Virus record (IMG/VR): IMGVR_UViG_3300034375_009028
DNA from: a virus
Taxonomy: Duplodnaviria > Caudoviricetes
Length of the DNA stretch: 64,000 bases
Strand: one strand, 5' to 3'
Each line of letters begins with the position of its first letter. Position 1 is the stretch's first letter. Positions 34,763-43,207 of the stretch are shown here, in pieces. Below the pieces are notes generated by a model. It did no database searches. It saw nothing but the letters and a program-made list of their open reading frames with translations, and was not told where the DNA came from. A program made the translations under genes and the position numbers.

Positions 34763-35236
34763 TTAGTAACTAAATTGCTCCCACTCAGAAACTTTTGAGT
34801 TCATAAGTTCAAAAGTTATTTTATTCCATGGTGCTCTTGGTTTTCTCATTAACTTCATAGTAGTATGTTCAAGTAATTTATCACTTTTTTTGATGTTACA
34901 TGAACTACATGCAACAACTAGATTTTCCCAACTATCTTCTCCTCCTTTGCTACGAGGAATTACATGATCCAATGTCAATTTTGATTTTGAACCACAATAC
35001 TGGCAGGTATTATTATCTCTCTTATAAATTCCTGTTTTTGTTGGTCTTTCTCTTGATGACATACTCAATGGAATTTTAATGTAGTTAACAAGTCTAACAA
35101 CTCTTTCTGAAATTACTTGGACTTTTTGCTTTAAAATCAAAACCACTGCCCTCTTCCAACTTGTAAAATTTATTGGAATATATGAGGAATTAAGTACCAA
35201 TATAGTATGATGTGGTTTTATTTTTAGATGTTCCAT
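34763..35236 (-). CDS. HNH endonuclease (McrA-like)
   Basis: RDNNTCQYCG..LTLDHVIPRSKGGEDSWENLVVACSSCNIKKS. Confidence 0.92.
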   Translation of the reverse strand: MEHLKIKPHHTILVLNSSYIPINFTSWKRAVVLILKQKVQVISERVVRLVNYIKIPLSMSSRERPTKTGIYKRDNNTCQYCGSKSKLTLDHVIPRSKGGEDSWENLVVACSSCNIKKSDKLLEHTTMKLMRKPRAPWNKITFELMNSKVSEWEQFSY

Positions 35237-35273
35237 AAAACCTTTAGAGTAGTGCTTAGTGGATACTATTATA

Positions 35274-35522
35274 TCACCTAATCAATCTATCTGACAAATT
35301 TAACTTACATAACATTTTTTCCAAATCAGCATTTCTAGAACTATGAGATGCAATATATGTCAAAAACTTCTTCCTTATATTGTTAAATATGTTTTTATTA
35401 TTCTTCATCCACATAAATTCATCTCTAGTGAAGTGAGAAAAATCATTGTAGTCAATTTTTTCTTGATGTTTGCTTATTTTTCTTATTATACTTAGTAGAA
35501 TAATTCTATCTGGTGCTATCAT
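35274..35522 (-). CDS. Hypothetical protein
   Basis: ORF track, 82 aa. Confidence 0.55.
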   Translation of the reverse strand: MIAPDRIILLSIIRKISKHQEKIDYNDFSHFTRDEFMWMKNNKNIFNNIRKKFLTYIASHSSRNADLEKMLCKLNLSDRLIR

Positions 35523-36166
35523 ATTGCACCTCCACGAATATAATGATCCATTTTTGATGGATGCATAAAATCAACAACTATAACGCATCTATAGTAATCT
35601 TCAGCAACTATTGGTGGAGGCATAGCTGGTTGATGATTGATATGAGAGTGATGTATTAATAAAGAATTTTCATCTCCAGGTACGATAATTTCTCTACCAC
35701 CATTTTCAATTAAGGTTCCATATATTCTAGATGGATTCTTAAGATAAAATATCATTCCCAAATCAAAATATTCATGCTTATGAGTATTACCGTAATTTAT
35801 ATATAATTCTTCATTATAGTTTTCTATTTTTGTTCCCTTGAATCTTTTTGCCCAATAAGATTGTACTTCAAGTTGAGAATACCATGGATTGTCCGAAATT
35901 GCAGCATAGTTATATAAGTGCGATTTGACTAATCTAAAGAAATTAGTCCAACTTACTTTATGCTGCAAAGTTCTATTTGGAAGCTCATGTGTTGCCTCAA
36001 CAGACATATCCCATTTATTTACAGACACCTCCAACTCATTATCAATTTCATCAAGTAAATTATGAATATCATATTTACTGAGTAAATTGTATGCTTTATA
36101 GATTAAATTGCCACAAAAATAGAAGGATTCAAAATTTCTTGGATCATCAGGATATTGTAATTCCAT
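35519..36166 (-). CDS. Putative 2OG-Fe(II) oxygenase
   Basis: SYWAKR..THKH..LGMIFYL..LLIHHSHINH..RCVIVVDF. Confidence 0.6.
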   Translation of the reverse strand: MELQYPDDPRNFESFYFCGNLIYKAYNLLSKYDIHNLLDEIDNELEVSVNKWDMSVEATHELPNRTLQHKVSWTNFFRLVKSHLYNYAAISDNPWYSQLEVQSYWAKRFKGTKIENYNEELYINYGNTHKHEYFDLGMIFYLKNPSRIYGTLIENGGREIIVPGDENSLLIHHSHINHQPAMPPPIVAEDYYRCVIVVDFMHPSKMDHYIRGGAI

Positions 36167-36171
36167 ATTCT

Positions 36172-36729
36172 TTAAAAATTTGCAGACAGTATTATCCTTT
36201 GATCTTCAGTAGTATTTGTGGGGGCATAATGAGACAAGGCAGATGGAAAAAAGATGATGGTTCCCTCATCAACTCCCTCTGGTTCATATTCCAATACATT
36301 ACCATCAATCATAGAAACAAATGGGGCAATAAAAGTAGTTGGTAAATGACTTGACGGATTATAGTTTATATAACAAACCATACTAAATCCACCAAGTCCA
36401 TGATTATGAACTCCATGGTAATGTGCTTTATTATATGCTTGGAACCAAGCAGATTTAATTTTAGTTTGATTAAGATTTAGGGAATCAAAAAATTTTTTTA
36501 TATCATCATATAAGATAGATTCAACAAATTGTGTGTAATTATTCGTCTTTTCAACATCATAATCACTAAATTGTTCATCAAATTTTTGTTTTGTTAATTT
36601 TGCCGAGTTATTATATATTTTCAGTAAATATTGTTTCTTTTTCTCCCAACTAATTACTTTAGACTGATAGAATGGGATTGCGAACTCTTTAATAAAAAAA
36701 TCAGTTGAACTCGGCATTTCTCCTTCCAT
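36172..36729 (-). CDS. Putative 2OG-Fe(II) oxygenase
   Basis: SAWFQAY..HGVHNH..FSMVCYI..EGTIIFFPSALSH..RIILSANF. Confidence 0.8.
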   Translation of the reverse strand: MEGEMPSSTDFFIKEFAIPFYQSKVISWEKKKQYLLKIYNNSAKLTKQKFDEQFSDYDVEKTNNYTQFVESILYDDIKKFFDSLNLNQTKIKSAWFQAYNKAHYHGVHNHGLGGFSMVCYINYNPSSHLPTTFIAPFVSMIDGNVLEYEPEGVDEGTIIFFPSALSHYAPTNTTEDQRIILSANF

Positions 36730-36880
36730 CTAGATGAAATAAAACCTCACTTCTCCACTCCATCAATTCATAAAAGCATTCTTGTTCATGTGCCACTTGA
36801 CGTAGTTCGTGATCTGGTTTTAAAACGCTCTCATAAAAAAGATTAAATGCATCGCGGCGTTTTTGTAGTTTATCGTCCAT
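36701..36880 (-). CDS. Conserved cyanophage small protein (59 aa)
   Basis: Hand translation MDDKLQKRRDAFNLFYESVLKPDHELRQVAHEQECFYELMEWR. Confidence 0.7.
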   Translation of the reverse strand: MDDKLQKRRDAFNLFYESVLKPDHELRQVAHEQECFYELMEWRSEVLFHLDGRRNAEFN

Positions 36881-37391
36881 AAGATTCTCTCTTAATTTTT
36901 AATCCACCAACAAGTACTTTTTTAGAGTTCGAATAATTTGAACTATGTACTATCTCTGAGGAAAACAGTAAAACTTTACTTTTAACAGGTTTTACTTCTT
37001 TGGTGGTATGTGTGTATTTTAACACGGTTTCCCCATCAGTACATGTATTTAGATATAAAATGTAACTAAAATCTTCTGCATGTTTATGACTATGGGGAGA
37101 CATAATCCCACCATTACTGTAATCTACAAGATGTAGATAAGTATATTCTAATTCAGATTCTAGAATCTTTGAGCATATTAGTTGAAGTTCTGCTACTAAT
37201 TCATAGAATATTTCTTCTTGTTGATACTTAAGAAGATTTACTGTAGCAAAGCAGTTTTTACTCAAGGAACTAAGTTTTGTTTCTTCTAAAAACTCAAGTG
37301 AATATGCAGAATGAAAGTATTCATTAAAAAAATCAACAAACTTAGAATCTACAAAAAATTCTTTATTCATCAATATATCCATCAAATTCAA
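36870..37391 (-). CDS. 2OG-Fe(II) oxygenase
   Basis: HLVDYSNGG..PHSH..EDFSYILYLN..GET..LLFSSEIVHS..KVLVG. Confidence 0.75.
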   Translation of the reverse strand: MNLMDILMNKEFFVDSKFVDFFNEYFHSAYSLEFLEETKLSSLSKNCFATVNLLKYQQEEIFYELVAELQLICSKILESELEYTYLHLVDYSNGGIMSPHSHKHAEDFSYILYLNTCTDGETVLKYTHTTKEVKPVKSKVLLFSSEIVHSSNYSNSKKVLVGGLKIKRESYGR

Positions 37392-37557
37392 ACTCTTCTA
37401 TGTCGCTAACAGGAACTTCGTATTCATTAGCAACCAAATACCAATGTTCTCCGTCACGGATACCAAGGTACTTCATTTGATCTTCATCAAAATGATTCTC
37501 TCGCATCGCTGCTTGTATTTTTAAATGAATTAGTTCTGATTGACTAGGAACCTCCAT
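37363..37557 (-). CDS. Conserved cyanophage hypothetical protein
   Basis: ELIHLKIQAAMRE..F....MKYLG..GEHWY...EVPVS.IE. Confidence 0.7.
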   Translation of the reverse strand: MEVPSQSELIHLKIQAAMRENHFDEDQMKYLGIRDGEHWYLVANEYEVPVSDIEEFEFDGYIDE

Positions 37558-37784
37558 TAAAACTCTCCATAAACTTCTTCGTATTTTGCCATGAGAGCAT
37601 CCTTCATTTCATGATACGGACCAACATCCGTATCGTACTCATCACCCATGTTAAAGTCATTTGACCACTGAATAGCAGCAGTTGCTGCTTGTATCATAAT
37701 TCGCAATCCTTCACGATCACATGTAATTTGTACAAGTGTCTTTGGATCTGTCATTGTTCCAATTTTCATCGAATAATCCTCCAA
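37557..37784 (-). CDS. Hypothetical protein
   Basis: ORF track, 75 aa. Confidence 0.6.
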   Translation of the reverse strand: MEDYSMKIGTMTDPKTLVQITCDREGLRIMIQAATAAIQWSNDFNMGDEYDTDVGPYHEMKDALMAKYEEVYGEF

Positions 37785-37960
37785 TTAGAGTCCTTTTCTT
37801 TGTTAACTGAGAAATAATATTCTTTATTGAGAGATTCTAGGTAATAAACATCATTCTCTTCATGCTTTACCCTACAAGAATGAAGACCCATCATGTCAAA
37901 TTCAAAGTCAATTTTTGCCTTTGAACTAATGGGAGATACACAGACAAATTTAGTTTTCAT
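37766..37960 (-). CDS. Hypothetical protein (paralogue of 13139..13327)
   Basis: VSPISSKAK..F...M..L.S.N..Y.F.V....D.NW. Confidence 0.7.
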   Translation of the reverse strand: MKTKFVCVSPISSKAKIDFEFDMMGLHSCRVKHEENDVYYLESLNKEYYFSVNKEKDSNWRIIR

Positions 37961-38178
37961 TGTACAAAAATAGTTCCAGATTTGGGTTTGGTACGATGCT
38001 TTTTAATGAAGTTCATCGCAGATGATTGAGTTCTACATTGTTTAAGATGCTCGCCATAGTATACTACCATATATCCTTTTTGACAAGGTACAGCAGCGTA
38101 TCCATCTTTAGTTACAAAACCATCACTACAATCCTTGTAAAAATTGTAAATTTCCTTTAGTTCTTTATCAGTAGTCAT
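37957..38178 (-). CDS. Conserved cyanophage hypothetical protein
   Basis: GFVTKDGYAAVP...GYMV.Y.G......RT..SA..FI..HR. Confidence 0.7.
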   Translation of the reverse strand: MTTDKELKEIYNFYKDCSDGFVTKDGYAAVPCQKGYMVVYYGEHLKQCRTQSSAMNFIKKHRTKPKSGTIFVQ

Positions 38179-39422
38179 CGTTTGATAGTGGAGATTGCTG
38201 GTTGACCTTTTACAAATACGGTATCTACAACGTCCTGAAGACGCTTAATAGTAGAGATACCCACGTTGTCGTAGACAGGGACATGGACAAGACCAAATGA
38301 TTTAGTGTAATCTTCCAGTTTGCCAGGAGTAAGAGTTCCATTCTGAATCCTCTTGATGTCATCAAGATGAAGGCGAATAACCCTACCAACAGACTGACAC
38401 ATCTCAATAACATTCATCTGACGCATGAGGATCAGAGAAGTGAGACCAGGAACAGAGATGCCTTCACTGAGAATAGAATAGTGCATAACAATGAACTTCT
38501 TGTCTGGATCTGCACCAAACTCTTGAATCAGACTAAAGAATTCTTCGCGGGTAATCTTCCTATCGTTTAAGAAGGCACCATGCTTGCTAGTGATCCAAAG
38601 AAGGTCATACCCCATAGACTGCACTTCTGTCATGAAGTCTGTCTCAGCAAGCATCCGCAGCATTACCTTTGTGTTTGGTGCTGCGATCAGAACCTTCTCC
38701 ATATGATCTTCATTGTAGATGGTATCAAGCAGGGTCATACAGTCCCTCTCTGCCGCCTCCTCGCCCTTCAGACGGTCGGAACCGACGCGAATGGTGTTGA
38801 TCTTAGGAGGAAGGATTGAACCGTCGTTAATGAGGCGTGGAGCGGGCACGTTGTAAATGATACGGTTGTAAACCTCAGTATCATTCATGCCAGGTTTGGA
38901 AGAAGTGTGAGAATACTTAGGAGTAGCAGTGAAGAAATAGCAGCGGTTAGAATTAAGAGAGAGATTCCTGGTAGCACCAAAGAAGTTTTTCTTGATTGAG
39001 TTGTGCGATTCATCAAAGTAAACTGTGTCAACATGAATATTGGAATCTACAACTTTATGAAGAGAGTTGTAGGTGGTAAAGATTATACAGGACTCTGATG
39101 CTGCACGGGCAGTATTGTTAAAAAGTGCAATCTTTTCTGGTTTAGTGGTATTGAAGTAAACGGTCTCTCCCGTATGAACATGACAAACATGGACCCAGGT
39201 AGAGGGAAGAAACTTCATAAAGTCTTCACGCAATTGCTTTGCTAGAAGAATGCGAGGAGCAACAACAACGATAGTCTTAGGACCAGACTTAAGTTGCTCA
39301 AGTGCATCTGCAACCATCGTGAAGGACTTACCTGCCCCAGTGGGCATAACGATGATTCCTTTGCGAACTCGATCCATGATGGATCGTGCTTCTGCCTGTG
39401 TCGGTCGGAGGTTAAGGGTCAT
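38175..39422 (-). CDS. Superfamily II DExH helicase (restriction-subunit-like)
   Basis: MPTGAGKS (Walker A), FDESHN (Walker B), FTATP, LSEGISVPGL, QSVGRVIR; own TG-TATAGT promoter at about 39443-39451. Confidence 0.9.
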   Translation of the reverse strand: MTLNLRPTQAEARSIMDRVRKGIIVMPTGAGKSFTMVADALEQLKSGPKTIVVVAPRILLAKQLREDFMKFLPSTWVHVCHVHTGETVYFNTTKPEKIALFNNTARAASESCIIFTTYNSLHKVVDSNIHVDTVYFDESHNSIKKNFFGATRNLSLNSNRCYFFTATPKYSHTSSKPGMNDTEVYNRIIYNVPAPRLINDGSILPPKINTIRVGSDRLKGEEAAERDCMTLLDTIYNEDHMEKVLIAAPNTKVMLRMLAETDFMTEVQSMGYDLLWITSKHGAFLNDRKITREEFFSLIQEFGADPDKKFIVMHYSILSEGISVPGLTSLILMRQMNVIEMCQSVGRVIRLHLDDIKRIQNGTLTPGKLEDYTKSFGLVHVPVYDNVGISTIKRLQDVVDTVFVKGQPAISTIKR

Positions 39423-39480
39423 GGGTCGTGTGCGTTGAACATACTATACAGCAAAATCCCCCCGTTTGGGGGGGATGCGA

Positions 39481-39897
39481 TCAATCCATAAATTGGTCTA
39501 ATGTGATTGGTCCCATTGTACCATCAAAACGATAATGATATTCTAAAGCATTTGCACAAACATAATGATGATGGTCTGTTGGGACACCCAACCTCCTACA
39601 CAACTCCTTGTGGTTATCTTCCATGAGTTCAACTGCATAAAGCATGTTATTGAGCACATGCTCTTCAGAATGGTATTTTGTCAGGACTTCAAACAGTTCA
39701 ACTAAGAAGTTACCATCACCAGCACAGTTGTCGATAAAGGAAGATTCTGGATCTTTAAGAACTTTTTCTGGAAGATCACCAATCATCTTCCGAATAAGTG
39801 CAGGAGGAGTAAATACCTCCTGCGTTTGCTTGATACGCTCATCTGAGCGTTCAAGTTTAGATCCATGCTCCTTGTTGTGACTGTTCTTAGATGACAT
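39481..39897 (-). CDS. SAM-binding half (motifs X, I, II, III) of an N6-adenine DNA methyltransferase
   Basis: EVFTP (X), FIDNCAGDGNFL (I), LYAVEL (II), CANALE (III); no NPPY. Confidence 0.75.
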   Translation of the reverse strand: MSSKNSHNKEHGSKLERSDERIKQTQEVFTPPALIRKMIGDLPEKVLKDPESSFIDNCAGDGNFLVELFEVLTKYHSEEHVLNNMLYAVELMEDNHKELCRRLGVPTDHHHYVCANALEYHYRFDGTMGPITLDQFMD

Positions 39898-42800
39898 TCT
39901 TTTCCTCCAAATATTTTACCTCCTCTTCAGTAAAATTGAATTGATCAACAAGGTTGTTATAGTCCTTAATGTGAGGTACTTCCGCATTCTTAATAGCAGC
40001 AGTATATCCCGCAGTTTTTTTATAGTTATCAATATAAAACTGAATGAGTTTATTATCAAAAATCTTACTAAGGGCATTCCCCTCTTCTTCTGAAGTAATA
40101 GGACACCAAACATTAAGCATACCAACATATCCATTTGAGATAAACTTGTGCTTTTTGTACGTGCGGGAGTATCCTACAATAAACTTCAACACTTCACCAG
40201 TAGTAGGAATGACATTTGTACGAGCAATAAAATTACCAGATTGATAAACCTCATACTTACCATCAGGAACATATTCACTCTTGGCAATGTCCTGACCCAT
40301 CTTCAAGGGAATGCGAGGATGCATTGAATTGGCAATTTTGTTGAGAATAGAATGCTTAAGTGCAGCATCTCCAATGAGAGGAAGACCATCTCGCAAATCC
40401 CAAGTAAAAGAACCATCATGAGTAATAACATGAGTTTTACCTTGATATGGTTCATTTGTAAGATGCCAACGGCAAATGGCAACACCTTCGACAAAATAAT
40501 CATTTGCAGTATAATCGATCAGTTTTAGATTATACTTTGTAGAGAACAATTTAAGGAACTTCTTACCTTTACCAGTTGTACCCAGAACAGAGGAAGGAGT
40601 AACCTCACACATGTCTCCACCAGGAGCAGTAAGTTCAAGATGTTGCTCTACAATAATTGGCCAAAGTTTATTGTTTTTTGCCTTCTTAGTGGGATCTTTA
40701 TAGGGTGGATTAGCAATAATAGCAGTGAACTTCATATCAGGATTCGAATCAACAATATCTACAACATCATTTATATATTTTACACGATTACGGTGACTAT
40801 CACAACTCTCCCAAACAGTAATACTATTTGGATCCAGGTCCCTTTCAAGAAGGCGAGCAGTATGAGATCCACTAGGATCTCCAAACATATAAATTTTAGA
40901 TAGATCTTTACAATCATCAAGCATAGAATCCAAAAGATCTGTGGGAATATGCCTTTGCATTTGTGAAGACACACTGTACTTATCTAATGTTTTTGCCTTA
41001 GACTCTTTAAACTGCATTTTTATAGAAGAACTAAGCATCAGGATTTTGCCATTGATTGCATTCTTACCACTAGGATTTTTGGCAATAACTTTTTCAAGAA
41101 TTTTATAATGATCGCTAGTAATATTTTTATAAACTTCAGTTTCAATAATAGAGTTAATTGTACACACTTTAATGTCTTCAGAAATAAGATAAGTCATAAC
41201 AAGAGGAATAGACTCTAAAAGTGCCTTAACCGTCTTTACCCGTTGTGTTTCTGGATTGTCCGATTTTTCTTTATTTTCTTTTTGCCTGGATTCACAACTT
41301 TTATTATTAACACCCACATTATTAGTATTAAGTTGACTGTTATCAATCTCATCGATTAGATTTGTTTCCAAAGCAAAATCGGAAAAATCAATATCATTAA
41401 GATCAAGTCTACTTACAATATTAGCAAAACTAGAATTTGTATCATCACAAATTGTACACAAAATTTCATCAATCTTATTCTGATCTAATTGGATAAACCC
41501 ATTCATCCAATCATTAATACTATCAACAAAGTCTAGCATTTCATATTGTGCCAATTCTGGTTCAATATCAGTTGCTTTTTGATAGGATTCGCAAATAACA
41601 CGAAGTCCACGTTCTGCATCAAAATCAATAACATCCCAATCATGATCTGCAGATCCTCCACGAAAAGAAAATTGCTCCCAAAACTCTTTTGATTCTCCTC
41701 CACGGCAATTGATAACAGTATCAATGTATTTGCAAGTCATACCAAGAACATTAGCACTACATGTAAGAATAAGTGCTTTAGAATTGCGGGCACAAAAATT
41801 ATTGATCGTATCTTGATCTTCATTAGTATCTCCAGTAACCACAAGAGTTGGAATGTAACATTCTACAATTTTTTTAAAGGCATGACACTCACCAACTCCT
41901 TTCATCGCCATCATTTGATAGTTACCTTGAAACAAACGATTATTAAGTCGAAGTCTAGATGTTTCTGGTCCATAAAATTTTACAGCGTAAGCACGAGGAA
42001 GAGAATCATAAAGAAACTCAGAATCTTTTCCTTTTTTCTTTTCTTTCAGAGTAAAAATATTACTCATGGCATCTGGATCATCACCAAAAATCTTTTTATA
42101 TTCTTCACATTCATACTTAGCAAAATGAATCCTCATCTTAGGACGAGGTTTTTCAAAAAGTCCCTTACGAACATCCAATTGCTCATGCCAATACGAATAT
42201 ACAAAACTATTTTCATTGTTAAAATCAGGAGACAGTTTATCTGCTGTGCCAGTGATTAAAAGAAGTTTAACTGTCTCACCATTGGCAGCATTGAGTTTTT
42301 CATGCACAGTTGTAAATTGTTCTGCCCTACCACCAACATGTGCCTCATCAAGTGCAATGAAGTCAATTTTATAGTTACAAATGGTATTAATACGATTAGA
42401 GATGCTTTGAACTGTTCCCCAAAGAACAATATTTACACCATCATGTTCCATCCAGAACTCAAGTTCCTCTTCCCATTTACTGTCTTGAACATTAATAAGT
42501 TTAACAGATGGAAAATATTCTTGATCATCAATCCAACCTTCTTCTGGAGAAGTTGTCCGACAACAAAGAAGAGTCAACTTATAATTAGCACTTACGATAT
42601 GACTGAGTGTCATGATACATTTCCCAGAACGACATTTAGCGTTCAGGAGAAACTCTTTCCAAATTTCCCATGCAGATTTAATTTTTACAAGAAATTTTTC
42701 TTGAAAATGCATAAGATTGAGTTCTTTTGCAGGTTCAACAAAAACTTCATCAAATAATTTACGAACAATAAAAGAACAAGTTTGCACAATTTGATCTACA

Positions 42801-43138
42801 GAATACCCAGTGAGAATAAAACATTCATTTGACCCCCTACCAGGATTTGAAACGCAATTTGGGAACAATTTAAGATCTTTATGACATTTTTTATCACAAC
42901 CAGATCCAGTTGCAGAAATTCCAAACCAAAAAGTTGTATGTTTTTCACCAATAAGATTCCAATATCCAATGAGTTTTGTATACTCTACATCATTATGCCG
43001 CTTTTCTTTCCTAGAATCTTTAGTTTGTCCAAAAAAGAATGCTTTACTATCCAAATTAATTAGCAAATAAATCCAAGTATTAATCTTGCCACCACTAAGG
43101 TCAAACTCTGTTTGATTTTGAAGAAGAGAAGTAATCAC
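39887..43138 (-). CDS. GIY-YIG-like nuclease + SF2 helicase + methyltransferase catalytic half (NPPY) and TRD fusion
   Basis: WIYLL..FFGQT..R at the N-terminus; LNAKCRSGK, LDEAHVG, ITGT helicase motifs; IIANPPY and PGG..CEVTP at the C-terminus. Start moved from the track's 43192 to the GTG at 43138 because the track start lies inside the promoter. Confidence 0.75.
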   Translation of the reverse strand: MITSLLQNQTEFDLSGGKINTWIYLLINLDSKAFFFGQTKDSRKEKRHNDVEYTKLIGYWNLIGEKHTTFWFGISATGSGCDKKCHKDLKLFPNCVSNPGRGSNECFILTGYSVDQIVQTCSFIVRKLFDEVFVEPAKELNLMHFQEKFLVKIKSAWEIWKEFLLNAKCRSGKCIMTLSHIVSANYKLTLLCCRTTSPEEGWIDDQEYFPSVKLINVQDSKWEEELEFWMEHDGVNIVLWGTVQSISNRINTICNYKIDFIALDEAHVGGRAEQFTTVHEKLNAANGETVKLLLITGTADKLSPDFNNENSFVYSYWHEQLDVRKGLFEKPRPKMRIHFAKYECEEYKKIFGDDPDAMSNIFTLKEKKKGKDSEFLYDSLPRAYAVKFYGPETSRLRLNNRLFQGNYQMMAMKGVGECHAFKKIVECYIPTLVVTGDTNEDQDTINNFCARNSKALILTCSANVLGMTCKYIDTVINCRGGESKEFWEQFSFRGGSADHDWDVIDFDAERGLRVICESYQKATDIEPELAQYEMLDFVDSINDWMNGFIQLDQNKIDEILCTICDDTNSSFANIVSRLDLNDIDFSDFALETNLIDEIDNSQLNTNNVGVNNKSCESRQKENKEKSDNPETQRVKTVKALLESIPLVMTYLISEDIKVCTINSIIETEVYKNITSDHYKILEKVIAKNPSGKNAINGKILMLSSSIKMQFKESKAKTLDKYSVSSQMQRHIPTDLLDSMLDDCKDLSKIYMFGDPSGSHTARLLERDLDPNSITVWESCDSHRNRVKYINDVVDIVDSNPDMKFTAIIANPPYKDPTKKAKNNKLWPIIVEQHLELTAPGGDMCEVTPSSVLGTTGKGKKFLKLFSTKYNLKLIDYTANDYFVEGVAICRWHLTNEPYQGKTHVITHDGSFTWDLRDGLPLIGDAALKHSILNKIANSMHPRIPLKMGQDIAKSEYVPDGKYEVYQSGNFIARTNVIPTTGEVLKFIVGYSRTYKKHKFISNGYVGMLNVWCPITSEEEGNALSKIFDNKLIQFYIDNYKKTAGYTAAIKNAEVPHIKDYNNLVDQFNFTEEEVKYLEEKNVI

Positions 43139-43162
43139 AAGAGAATGATTCAGAACACCGTC

Positions 43163-43192
43163 ACTATAACCCATAAAAAAGGGGGGTGTCAA
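43163..43192 (-). promoter_or_regulatory. Sigma70-type early promoter
   Basis: GGGGGG-TTGACA-CCCCCC..., 18-nt spacer, TATAGT. Confidence 0.85.
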
Positions 43193-43207
43193 CCCCCCTG
43201 TTCCACC

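Noticed and set aside
43139-43192. Track start of the 1101-aa ORF (MTPPFFMG...)
   Set aside because: That TTG is the -35 box of the promoter; translation must begin downstream, probably at GTG 43138.
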